Shown here: piece by piece, positions 51,119 through 60,418 of the stretch
Layout: each line of letters begins with the position of its first letter
Position numbering within the stretch: position 1 is the stretch's first letter
DNA from: a virus
Taxonomy: Duplodnaviria; Caudoviricetes
Virus record (IMG/VR): IMGVR_UViG_3300035502_001274
Coordinates: 64,001 to 128,000 of that record
DNA length: 64,000 nucleotides
Reading direction: 5' to 3' (one strand)
Position numbers and translations under genes: made by a program
The notes under the pieces: generated by a model
The model's database searches: none
What the model was told of the DNA's origin: nothing
The model's input: only the letters and a program-made list of their open reading frames with translations

Positions 51119-52087
51119 ATGGCTCTATCTATCAAGCGCGGTGCTAACTTAGAGTATACCGCAGGTATCACCCACGATACCAGATTCCACAGCGACGACG
51201 TCTTTGCGACGGCACTGTTGACTATGGTGGCACGCTACCAGAACGGAATTGATGTTTTTGCGGACAACGACGCATCCTACAAGAACGACCAGCCGGAGTT
51301 CACCGTAGCCCGTCTGCCCATGAAGATCGCCGAGGCCATTAGCAGCGCCTATGATTCCGAGTACATCCCCGGCGAGTACCAGCGCCGACATCTCGTGTTT
51401 GATGTTGGCAATGGCGAGTTCGACCACCACACATCTCCTCGTTTGACCCGGGAAAATGGGATTCCTTACTGCGCATTCGGCAAGCTCTGGATGGCTTTTG
51501 GGCCATACTTTGGGCTGCGCCCTGAGTACGTCAACGCTTTCGATGTGGATTTTGTGCAGTACATCTGCGCAAATGATAACGAAGGTGTACCCAATCCCAT
51601 CAGCTCTACCATCAGCCTGATGAATACGGATGACCCAAAAGACGATGAGGCGCAGCGCGCGGCATTCGACGGCGCCGTAGAGTACGCATACAAGACTCTG
51701 TGGTTTCAGATCAAGAACCTGCTGAAGCGTCAGGAGCAGTACAGCGAAATCACTTCCGGTGGTAGGAGCGTCAAGTGTAAGATGGGTGGGAGCGTCGTCG
51801 TGTATGACAAGTACTACACCGCCTATTCGGTCGAGGAATTGCGGCCCAATGATGTCGCCATGATTTATCCGCACAATAGAGGCGGCTGGGCGCTGCAGTC
51901 TCTGTGTGACCGGAAAGGCCCTGGCCAGCGTATCAATCGCTGGAAAGCTCCTGATGACCTCTGGGGCAAGCCCGAATGGGAACTGCGCCAGAGAATCCAG
52001 GGGCTGCGGTTCTGTCATGCGTCTGGGTTCATGTGTACCTTTGACGACTACGAGGAAGCGCTCGCATTCGCGATGGACTACGTGTAA
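51119..52087 (+). CDS. MYG1 (UPF0160) family exonuclease/hydrolase
   Basis: THDTRFHSDDVFA, DVG.GEFDHH, Y.AFGKLW, FCHASGF. Confidence 0.85.
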   Translation: MALSIKRGANLEYTAGITHDTRFHSDDVFATALLTMVARYQNGIDVFADNDASYKNDQPEFTVARLPMKIAEAISSAYDSEYIPGEYQRRHLVFDVGNGEFDHHTSPRLTRENGIPYCAFGKLWMAFGPYFGLRPEYVNAFDVDFVQYICANDNEGVPNPISSTISLMNTDDPKDDEAQRAAFDGAVEYAYKTLWFQIKNLLKRQEQYSEITSGGRSVKCKMGGSVVVYDKYYTAYSVEELRPNDVAMIYPHNRGGWALQSLCDRKGPGQRINRWKAPDDLWGKPEWELRQRIQGLRFCHASGFMCTFDDYEEALAFAMDYV

Positions 52088-52190
52088 TGCTGAAAGAAAG
52101 AGCTCAAACGAGCTCTTTCTTTTTTGTGATTTGTATGAAATAAATTTCCATAATTTTCCAATTTAATAGTACATATAAGTAACAGTGATT

Positions 52191-52317
52191 GGCTGGGTGA
52201 TCGGCGACGGAGTCGCCGCTGGTTATCGAGTCCTCGCTCCGCCCAGCCTGGTAAACCCGCTTAAAAATTTACGCAGCTGCGTGCGCTTGGATCATTGTGC
52301 TCTGAAGCAGTCCTTAC
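52191..52317 (-). other. conserved ~125-nt cassette leader element (copy 1, followed only by an ORF remnant)
   Basis: 28/34 identity block with 52766-52799; hairpin CGGCGAC-TCC-GTCGCCG. Confidence 0.65.
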
Positions 52318-52369
52318 CTTGAGAGCGAAAAAGTCCTTTGGGAGAAATCCCAAAGGACTTTTTCAACGC

Positions 52370-52675
52370 TTATGAGAAGCTAGTAACGATAAATGCTGTA
52401 ATAGATGTGTCTTTTCCATAATGCTGCATTTTATCGCTTGACATTAAATATACAGCGTTCGATCCATTAGCATATACTATACAACCGACTGCCAACGGCA
52501 CGCCGCTGAGCTGCAAACCTGTTTGATCGCAATACCATACTATAGCTAAAACTCCATTTGGGGATAATGCAATTGCTGTTGAATTTGAACTGCAATTAGA
52601 TGAAAGCCAATAGCCTGTCCAATTCGATATATTTGATGTTACGTTTAGTGCATTACATGAAATGACTTCTGCCAT
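52370..52675 (-). CDS. Ser/Asn-rich small beta protein, fibre-tip-like
   Basis: AT-richer codon usage, no RBS next to ATG, own terminator 52328-52363. Confidence 0.5.
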   Translation of the reverse strand: MAEVISCNALNVTSNISNWTGYWLSSNCSSNSTAIALSPNGVLAIVWYCDQTGLQLSGVPLAVGCIVYANGSNAVYLMSSDKMQHYGKDTSITAFIVTSFS

Positions 52676-52799
52676 GAGTTCAACGGCGCCGGGAGGCGCC
52701 GCGCGTCATCGACCTACATGGTGGTTCGGCCTAGAGCGCAGTTTAAAATTTATTCCGGCCAAATCCGCTTAGATCGTTGCATTCTGAAACAGTCCTTAC
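52676..52799 (-). other. conserved ~125-nt cassette leader element (copy 2)
   Basis: Homologous to 52191-52317; hairpin CGGCGCC-TCCC-GGCGCCG. Confidence 0.65.
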
Positions 52800-52912
52800 A
52801 GGACTGGGATTTTATCTCTTAATCGTCAGAATGTCAGCAAATACCGACGGAAAACAAGGCCATAACGTCTTAGAGTATAATAACGAACCTTTTGAAAGGG
52901 CGTGAAATAAGT

Positions 52913-54352
52913 ATGGCAATTACCGAAGAGCAAGTTGGCAATGCCGTTGACACTGTCAAATTTGCAACTTTGGTCAAGCAGACATATGGCCGTTCTAGCT
53001 TGACGCGCAATGCCAAGGACACCATCGCGCAGTTCCCGGTGATTATCTCAGCGGGTATTCCCACTGATGATGCTGTCATCATTGCCAAAGCCATTGAAGC
53101 GCAGTATGCAGCTTTGATGGTTTCTGTCATCTCGGCCAACTCTGACTATGACCGCGGCAAATACAATAACCCCGCTGACTATCTGCGCACTTTCCACAAT
53201 AACGGCAATATCCCCACACTGTTCCGGACCATGGACTCCCAGCTCCCTGAGGATGTTCATGCAATCGAATGCGAACTCGCCAGTGCTCGTACGATGTACG
53301 CCCTGGAGAGTCTGGTCGACAAGGATCTGGTGATGGAGTGCTGGGATAGCGTCGATGATCGTTTCAATACCAGCTCTCTGAATCATAGCTACAGACCTGA
53401 GAAGCACACACAGGATGCGATGGAAAGCGTCGTGAAGAATCTGCGTGCGCTTCATCGTCCTGCCATGGAAGCCGCTGCTGACGATGTCCTGGCTGCTGCA
53501 GGTGTGGCTGGCAATCGTGCTGGTAAAGATGATATGGGTGCTCCTACCAAAGCTGATAAGGTGCAAACCACACAGCGTATGGTGGCTCGCATGGATCCCG
53601 TTACCAATACTCCCGTTCGGAACGCCAAGAAGGAGATCATCTACGATAAGGTGACCACCAAAGATGAAGTCGTTCGTGCTCCCTCTGCAACTGGTCGTCA
53701 GGAAATCGTGCGCAATGATAAGCTGACTACCCTGGAGCCCACGCTCATCAATCTGCAGCTGAACTCCCATCATGGCAATGCTCCTGTCATCACCCACAAC
53801 GTGGTGATGGGTGTCAAGGCCATGATTCGTCAGATTCCGCAGCAGTATATCGTCTCCAACCTGATTGAGGGTGTGAATAACTCTCGGGCCATCTTTGGGT
53901 ACGTGAAGTTCACTGAGCACCCTGTCCAGACCTTGATTGATCTGGTGACTGGCTGGAGCACTGCACGGGAGACCGCTGTCTCCGACAGAGATATGCGGAA
54001 GTGGATCCAGGCACTGAAACGCCGCAAGACCAGCGATCTGATCGGTAAGATGGCTTCTGGTGAAGGTATGCCTCCTCTGACCACTATCGTGATCACTACC
54101 TATGAGGCAGAGCAGATCGCCGAAGCGACCAATATCGATCTAAACGATCCCTATGCGGCAGCCAAGCTCATCTCCAAGTATTATCTGCTTGGCTTTATTA
54201 TCTATGATTCTGCCACGGGCAAGGTGAAGTCCATCTTTGATGGTGACTCCAACTTCTCCGTGACTACCTTAAATGGCCTGAAGAGCAAGCAGCAAAAGGA
54301 TCAGGAACTGACTCAGTTTGCTTCCTTCCTGCGAGCTTCTGGCAGAATGTGA
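52913..54352 (+). CDS. virion (head) protein
   Basis: Late promoter 52853-52864; ALE/AME motifs. Confidence 0.6.
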   Translation: MAITEEQVGNAVDTVKFATLVKQTYGRSSLTRNAKDTIAQFPVIISAGIPTDDAVIIAKAIEAQYAALMVSVISANSDYDRGKYNNPADYLRTFHNNGNIPTLFRTMDSQLPEDVHAIECELASARTMYALESLVDKDLVMECWDSVDDRFNTSSLNHSYRPEKHTQDAMESVVKNLRALHRPAMEAAADDVLAAAGVAGNRAGKDDMGAPTKADKVQTTQRMVARMDPVTNTPVRNAKKEIIYDKVTTKDEVVRAPSATGRQEIVRNDKLTTLEPTLINLQLNSHHGNAPVITHNVVMGVKAMIRQIPQQYIVSNLIEGVNNSRAIFGYVKFTEHPVQTLIDLVTGWSTARETAVSDRDMRKWIQALKRRKTSDLIGKMASGEGMPPLTTIVITTYEAEQIAEATNIDLNDPYAAAKLISKYYLLGFIIYDSATGKVKSIFDGDSNFSVTTLNGLKSKQQKDQELTQFASFLRASGRM

Positions 54353-54363
54353 GGTGGAGAAAG

Positions 54364-55572
54364 ATGAATCGATTCGATACGTCCATGAAGTCGTACCATA
54401 TTGCCTTGGAGTCTTTCTCCTCCATGGCATTGGACCAGCCAACCAGCGATCGTCTCACCTATAAGAGCGCTGCTATGGAGGCCGTCACTGGTGCCGACTC
54501 CGGAATGGTGCTGGATAAGCTCTATCGCAATATGACAGCCCGTTCCACCATCAACTTCGGCAAGATCCCTGAATCACAGGGCGATCTGACCAAGTTCGTG
54601 CATTACAGAACCATCAAGAGTACGCTGTCCCTGCTCAATAGACAGCTTGCTGAATACAAGATCGTCGAGCTGGAGCAATCTCAGCTGCTGCATGATAACA
54701 TCATTCGGCTGCATGAGGACTTTGCCTATGGTTTCAAGGTGGACTCTCAGTTCCTGAAGACTACCTACAACACCATGGTCTACTCTCTGGTGGAGATGCT
54801 CAATCTCTGCAATGTTGTCTATGTGGACATGCTGAAAGCCCAGGCTGAAGGTCGCCAGTTTGACTATAAGCCTTACAGCGATCTGCTGCTGACCCAGAAT
54901 GTGGCCCGCTTCAATGAGATGGTCAAGTCTGGGGAATGGTCTACCATGATGCTTTCCATCCGTAAGGATGCTAAGAATCTGATCAGCGTCGTATATGACG
55001 GCTCTTACAATGACAAGGGCAGCTTGCTGCATACTCTGGCCGGTATTACCGGTACCGTGGGCATTCCCGGTCTGGCTTTACATGGTCTGGCCAACTCCAA
55101 GGTTGCCAAGGCATCCATGGCCGCCAGAGGCGATACCAACGTCAACATCTCTGATCTGACGGCTGCTGCTAAAGCTGGTTGGACCAAGGTCACCAGCACA
55201 ACTGGTGGCAAGATTGGCATTGCCATTGTGATCATCATTGCCGTTCTCTTTATCATCAGACAGATCACATTTGCGATCTTTCGTGGTGCTTACAAGCTGG
55301 ATGACATGATCGATGACCAGAATAAGATCCTGAAAGCCCACATTGACAACTACTACGATGCAAACGATGCGTCCAAAGCTCCCGAGAAGCAGCGTGCCAT
55401 GTATGAGCGTCTTGCTGGTATTCAGGAAGGCATCCGTACCAAGATCCTCAAGGGTGATGCAGAAGGCCGTAAGGCCATGAAGGAATCCAACGCTAAGGAT
55501 TTCTCTGCGTCTGCCATGCGGAATGACCCTGTTTCCACCGAGGACGCATCTGACGAGGTTTCCCTCGGGTAA
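54364..55572 (+). CDS. virion (head/ejection) protein with hydrophobic segment
   Basis: ALES, AMEA near N-terminus; IGIAIVIIIAVLFII TM-like segment. Confidence 0.6.
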   Translation: MNRFDTSMKSYHIALESFSSMALDQPTSDRLTYKSAAMEAVTGADSGMVLDKLYRNMTARSTINFGKIPESQGDLTKFVHYRTIKSTLSLLNRQLAEYKIVELEQSQLLHDNIIRLHEDFAYGFKVDSQFLKTTYNTMVYSLVEMLNLCNVVYVDMLKAQAEGRQFDYKPYSDLLLTQNVARFNEMVKSGEWSTMMLSIRKDAKNLISVVYDGSYNDKGSLLHTLAGITGTVGIPGLALHGLANSKVAKASMAARGDTNVNISDLTAAAKAGWTKVTSTTGGKIGIAIVIIIAVLFIIRQITFAIFRGAYKLDDMIDDQNKILKAHIDNYYDANDASKAPEKQRAMYERLAGIQEGIRTKILKGDAEGRKAMKESNAKDFSASAMRNDPVSTEDASDEVSLG

Positions 55573-55593
55573 TTCATTAAGGAGGCACTTTCT

Positions 55594-56460
55594 ATGCCCA
55601 TTGAAACGTCTGGAGCATTGCAGCAGAGCAGCGCTTATCTCAGCGGCCTCAAAGCCGTTATTGAGGAGGCCAGCTCGGCGACTTGTGCCGCCTATGATGC
55701 AATTGCTAACGTAAAAGACTACGGCAGCTTCGACACCGCCAAACCCGCAGCCATCGCTGCTGTGGATACGGCGTTGGCGAGCTTAACCGATGAAGTCGCT
55801 ACCAATTTCAGGCTCTGCGGAGAGACACTGAATGGTGCTGCCCACGCCATCTTTGAAGGCGTTGCACCTGAAGAAGATCCCATCACCGAAGACGGCCTGA
55901 GCAAGGTGGATGAGTACCTTCCCACCAACTCTCTGCACCAGCCTGCCTATCTGGAAATCCATGATCTGGCACAGGCCATTCATGAGGCCATGCAGAATGG
56001 ACAGAATCCTGCCGATGTGGAGCCCAATGACTTTATGTATCGGGATCCTAACCAGATGCATGGCCGTACCATTCTGACTCGTACCGTCATCTTCATGAAG
56101 AGACTTCGTGAAGCTGAAGAGTCTGATTGGGTATATTCCATCTTCAACATGCTGGAAGGCATCTCTACGCAGATCGAGCAGACGATCCGTCCGACCCTCT
56201 TTGAGATCAAGGATGCTCTGGAGTCCGATCAGTTGAGAGCTGCAGCCATTGAGCTGCTGAACGACCCCACCAATGAGCAGGCCTATCTGAACACGATCGA
56301 CCTGATGCTCAAAGGTGTTGGCGTAGCTTGTGGTTATCTGGCTGAAGTCAAGAAGGCCGTTGAGTTTTATGAGAAGCTCATTGGCTGCTTGACCGAGACC
56401 GACGATACCATTGCCAAGGCCTACGTCCTCTACAAAGAGGCCAACGAGACCACTTTCTGA
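55594..56460 (+). CDS. hypothetical late protein
   Basis: AAGGAGG RBS; in late operon. Confidence 0.7.
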   Translation: MPIETSGALQQSSAYLSGLKAVIEEASSATCAAYDAIANVKDYGSFDTAKPAAIAAVDTALASLTDEVATNFRLCGETLNGAAHAIFEGVAPEEDPITEDGLSKVDEYLPTNSLHQPAYLEIHDLAQAIHEAMQNGQNPADVEPNDFMYRDPNQMHGRTILTRTVIFMKRLREAEESDWVYSIFNMLEGISTQIEQTIRPTLFEIKDALESDQLRAAAIELLNDPTNEQAYLNTIDLMLKGVGVACGYLAEVKKAVEFYEKLIGCLTETDDTIAKAYVLYKEANETTF

Positions 56461-56506
56461 GTTAAAATCTCCTAGTACCGAATTGGTACTAGGAGATTTT
56501 CATGTC

Positions 56507-59323
56507 TTATAAGGTATCGTCCAGCATACTCATGACGTATTGCTTGAATCCGGGAGACTGCTGGAAGAGCTTGTCCATGAAGGACTGCTCGTTCGTGTCG
56601 TCAAAGGCAAACAGATTGGAATCACGATGCTGTCTGATGATAGAGTACATGGTATTGGGCTTGGGCGCTTTGATCCACTGATTGGTCACCGAGAAGAGAT
56701 CCTCCGTAGGAATACGAAGGCCATCTTCAAAGATCATATCATGCGCGCTGATGCCCATAACGCCGCTATATGCCAAGTTGATGAATCCATTCTCATCACT
56801 CAGCACATCAAAGCGATCGGTGGGGAAGGGTAGATAGACTGCTTCGCCCACAGAGTGCTCGGTATAGCTTCCATTAAAGGTGACCTTGAAGTCTCCATTG
56901 ACTTTCTCAGGGATTTGACCGTCAACTTCATCGCGGGTACGCAGAATGCCATTCACAAATACGATGATTCGAGTGGGATCATCTGCGCCGCAGAAAGACG
57001 GAATCACTGCTTCGGTAGACTGGGAGAGATCGGGAGCCACCGCACGACGCCAAACATTGGCATTTCGCACTTCCACGATGTCTCCGCTATCATATCCTTC
57101 AATCTTGAGAGCCAGATCACGAGATCTTACTCTCTTGGAGAACTTCTGGGTGCTGGAAGTATCCATCAGGTCGTAGCCTTCGCTGGATACAAACACGTTA
57201 CCAGCACGAACTGTCATTTCAATGCCGTCCTTGGTGGCAATGACAACGTCATCATCAGTTTTCAGCTTGGTGCTGAAAGCGGTCGTGGGCTGAATGAGAC
57301 GGAATACCACGGACCGAAATTCACCTTCAGGATGGGTATATCCAACTCGATTAGAGATTCGAGGGTCGAAGATATTGATGCCCAAAGCGTCCCAGTCCAC
57401 AAACTTCTCAGGAATCTGCACCAAGTATTCATCGGCGTAAATACCGTAAGTAATGTCTTTGGGACTGATACGGGTTCCTTCTTCATTGGACACTACCAGA
57501 TCGTTGGCTGAGATGTACTTGAGCGGATAATTATCGCCCAGCATAGATCTCATAAAGTCGCCAGTGATGGTAACTTTGCCACAGACCTGAGCCACATGCT
57601 CATAGAGGTCCACAATGATGGTGGAATCTTTTTTGAGCTGCGCAGATGGGATGGTAATATACTGGTCGAAGTCTCGCCAGTACGTTCTGGTGTTGGAGGC
57701 ATGTACGCCGTCAATATACAGGTCATAGGGCCGGAGATTGTCAGCGGAACGTGCCACGCAAAGCTCTCCATAGGAAGCTGCCGTCAGTTTATCATAGAGC
57801 TCGGTAAACTCCTCGTTGAGCCTGAAGGTCAGCGTTGTCTTTTCAGAGTTGGCAGCATCGATGGGAGTATTGATCTCATCATAGTGCATGCCGGTCTCTT
57901 TGAGCAGCTGCTGCATGATGTCGATCCGATACTCATGAGAAGAGTACATCAGGATCTGCTTCACGAAGTCATTGGCCGAGAACTCATAATGCTTGGGCTC
58001 GAAGTTGGTAATGACATCAGGCAACTGGCCTTCAGCAAACTTCTCAGAGAAGGTCGAGCCGATGTAAGATCGATACATCTCTGTGAAGTCATCGTAGTTG
58101 CTCCCAATACTCTCATCGTCACGGAACCACTCGATGTAGAGCAGATAGCAGTCAGACTGCATTGTGTAATAGTAGAAGTTGGGGAACTTAGCCTCCATAT
58201 CAGTGCAGACTAGACGCCCCAGCGTATCAGTATCCCGGTCATATTCCCAAACTCTGAAGTTGCCGGGGTAGAGCGGAGCCGTTCCGTCCTTGGTGGGGAT
58301 AGAGATCCAGCACCGATCTTTGAAGAATCCGACGGAAACCAACTGCTCTTTTTCATCGAAGTTCTTATCAACACCATCCAGTACGGCATATCCGCCGTCA
58401 GCATTCATGGCCACGACCTTGAGACGCTCTTCATTGATAGTATCGACGTATTCATCGAAGTTATCTTTCAGATACTGGGTCGGGCCGATATAGTTGGGAG
58501 ACAGCGTAAAGCCTGCTTTATGTGCCTCATTATAGATGAAGCACTTAACATTGAAGGTTGCGCTGTAAATGTGATCCTGGAACGCCTGAGAGACTTCGAT
58601 GTAGGGACGTCCATCATCTGTAAACATCAAGACGCCAGGCGTTGCCCGAAGCAGATTCAAGTCTGCGGACATCTCTGAGACACAAACTTTCCAATCGTTG
58701 ATGTCTTCAGCCTTGTAAAACTGCTGACTGGTCTCAAAGTCGTCCAGATAGATGCGGCAGCTCTGCAGCAGATTGAGCATGTTGGTCTCTTTATAGGCGT
58801 AGGATACCTTGGGACGGATCTCCAGAGCCCATCTGCTGGGCGTATAGGGGTTATCATAGTCATTCATCATGAGATCCATCTGTTTCTGAGAGATGCCATC
58901 AGTGGTTCCAATGGGAATGACCAGCCAGGTGCCGTTCTGAACGACTCTGCACTGCAGATTCATGAAGGTATAATCTGCAATGTGGAAGATGAACTGCTTG
59001 GTGAAACGATTATTCTGCAGCATCTCTCGGATGGTAAGCAGTTCCTTACCACGAATGAAATGCTCCAGAATGTACTTTTGATTTCCCGAAAGAAGTCTCC
59101 TCTTGATGAAGTGGGTATAGCTTCCCGCAGGGAAACCCATCTTCGTATTCAGAGCTTCATCACATACAAAGTCAGTCAAAGGACCGCCCATGATCTCAGT
59201 CTGGCAGGTTGCCTTCTGAGCTTCAATGCAATGGTCCCAGGTAGTCTCCAGCACTTGATTGTAAACTCGATCAATAATTTCAGGGTGGTACTGGTTGTCA
59301 AACAGGAAGATGCCTTGATCCAT
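56507..59323 (-). CDS. large virion structural protein
   Basis: 938 aa; late promoter AACACTCCCGTA at 59353-59364 (minus); LYIDG/VFVNG/IFEDG beta repeats. Confidence 0.6.
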   Translation of the reverse strand: MDQGIFLFDNQYHPEIIDRVYNQVLETTWDHCIEAQKATCQTEIMGGPLTDFVCDEALNTKMGFPAGSYTHFIKRRLLSGNQKYILEHFIRGKELLTIREMLQNNRFTKQFIFHIADYTFMNLQCRVVQNGTWLVIPIGTTDGISQKQMDLMMNDYDNPYTPSRWALEIRPKVSYAYKETNMLNLLQSCRIYLDDFETSQQFYKAEDINDWKVCVSEMSADLNLLRATPGVLMFTDDGRPYIEVSQAFQDHIYSATFNVKCFIYNEAHKAGFTLSPNYIGPTQYLKDNFDEYVDTINEERLKVVAMNADGGYAVLDGVDKNFDEKEQLVSVGFFKDRCWISIPTKDGTAPLYPGNFRVWEYDRDTDTLGRLVCTDMEAKFPNFYYYTMQSDCYLLYIEWFRDDESIGSNYDDFTEMYRSYIGSTFSEKFAEGQLPDVITNFEPKHYEFSANDFVKQILMYSSHEYRIDIMQQLLKETGMHYDEINTPIDAANSEKTTLTFRLNEEFTELYDKLTAASYGELCVARSADNLRPYDLYIDGVHASNTRTYWRDFDQYITIPSAQLKKDSTIIVDLYEHVAQVCGKVTITGDFMRSMLGDNYPLKYISANDLVVSNEEGTRISPKDITYGIYADEYLVQIPEKFVDWDALGINIFDPRISNRVGYTHPEGEFRSVVFRLIQPTTAFSTKLKTDDDVVIATKDGIEMTVRAGNVFVSSEGYDLMDTSSTQKFSKRVRSRDLALKIEGYDSGDIVEVRNANVWRRAVAPDLSQSTEAVIPSFCGADDPTRIIVFVNGILRTRDEVDGQIPEKVNGDFKVTFNGSYTEHSVGEAVYLPFPTDRFDVLSDENGFINLAYSGVMGISAHDMIFEDGLRIPTEDLFSVTNQWIKAPKPNTMYSIIRQHRDSNLFAFDDTNEQSFMDKLFQQSPGFKQYVMSMLDDTL

Positions 59324-59467
59324 TCTTACTTCACCCTTTCGGCGATGTATTTTACGGGAGTGTTTTTGAGGGCCTTGTATCGCTGTACTTTCTTTCCGTA
59401 TTTTAGCTCACCTGGGCCAAATATCATTTTAGTAAGAAATACATAAAATGAAAGGAAGTACCTACTT

Positions 59468-59833
59468 ATGGCTACCAACATAAAAATCGACATCTATAGC
59501 ATTCAGAAGACCCAGCTCGAGCAGAAGGCAAAGACCGTAATCCAGGCGAAGAAGGACTACGCAGAGGCCGAAGCGAAACTCGCCGAGGATACCAAGTTCG
59601 TGGAGAGCCAGGCTATCATCGCGAGAGGCCTCATGTCTACGGATCCCGAGCATGCGATGCAATTGTACGACACAATTGCAAACCAGCACAAGATCCTGGC
59701 TAAGATCCGTCAGCATCAGGATAACATTCGCATCACCATTTCCATGATGGAAGAAAGCTTGGCCATGGGGTTCGAGGCTCTGGAAGCTGCCGGCCCTGAA
59801 GGATTGCTGTATGAATGCGATCCTGAGGATTGA
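59468..59833 (+). CDS. small helical early protein
   Basis: ATATCAT 59421-59427, RBS, own terminator. Confidence 0.7.
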   Translation: MATNIKIDIYSIQKTQLEQKAKTVIQAKKDYAEAEAKLAEDTKFVESQAIIARGLMSTDPEHAMQLYDTIANQHKILAKIRQHQDNIRITISMMEESLAMGFEALEAAGPEGLLYECDPED

Positions 59834-59918
59834 GAAAGAGAAAGCTGCGTTTGCAGCTTTCTTTTTTTGAGTCCACATATCATACCCATGCAATCTATAA
59901 GGAAAGGAATTCCCTGCA

Positions 59919-60236
59919 ATGATCTACTTAACCAAAGAAGCAATCCTCAACACTGTCCTGCCTATGATGGAGGACGCCCTTGACACCTACAAAGACGCCT
60001 ACCGGAAGTCTGCTCTGCATGCCAACTATGCGGGCCGGATGCTGGCAAGTGATACCGAGCGAGAGCAGTGCATCTCCTCCATGGTCTCTGCGTCCAAGAT
60101 GCGGGCTCATATCGCTCAAGTCAGTACTGCCATCGATGAGATCAAGGAGAAGCTGGTCGATGAAGCTATCGAAGGCCTGCATATCGATCCTACCAAGATC
60201 TTCGGTGAAGCTGAAGCTCAGATCCTCGTGGTCTGA
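59919..60236 (+). CDS. small helical early protein
   Basis: ATATCAT 59877-59883, RBS, own terminator. Confidence 0.7.
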   Translation: MIYLTKEAILNTVLPMMEDALDTYKDAYRKSALHANYAGRMLASDTEREQCISSMVSASKMRAHIAQVSTAIDEIKEKLVDEAIEGLHIDPTKIFGEAEAQILVV

Positions 60237-60418
60237 GATAAAGATAAAAGAAAGTCGCGTTTGCGGCTTTCTTTTTTATTGGGAGGGGAGGTACAAAAGT
60301 CAGATTTGCAGCTTATTTTTTCACATTAACATACCATACTTATAGCAAACACCTTAAGTGGGAAATCACCAGTTTCCAAACACAAATCTATCACAAATTG
60401 TAAAGGAGAGCCCAAATT

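Noticed and set aside
52163-52807. Diversity-generating retroelement explanation for the repeated element
   Set aside because: No reverse transcriptase in the window, differences are not adenine-specific, and the repeats lie 5' of the ORFs rather than in a 3' variable region
52179-52830. Plus-strand peptides RLDHCALKQSL / RLDRCILKQSL in the repeated block
   Set aside because: Three of the changes are synonymous, but there is no RBS or clear start and the flanks do not align; not excluded, but unsupported as CDS
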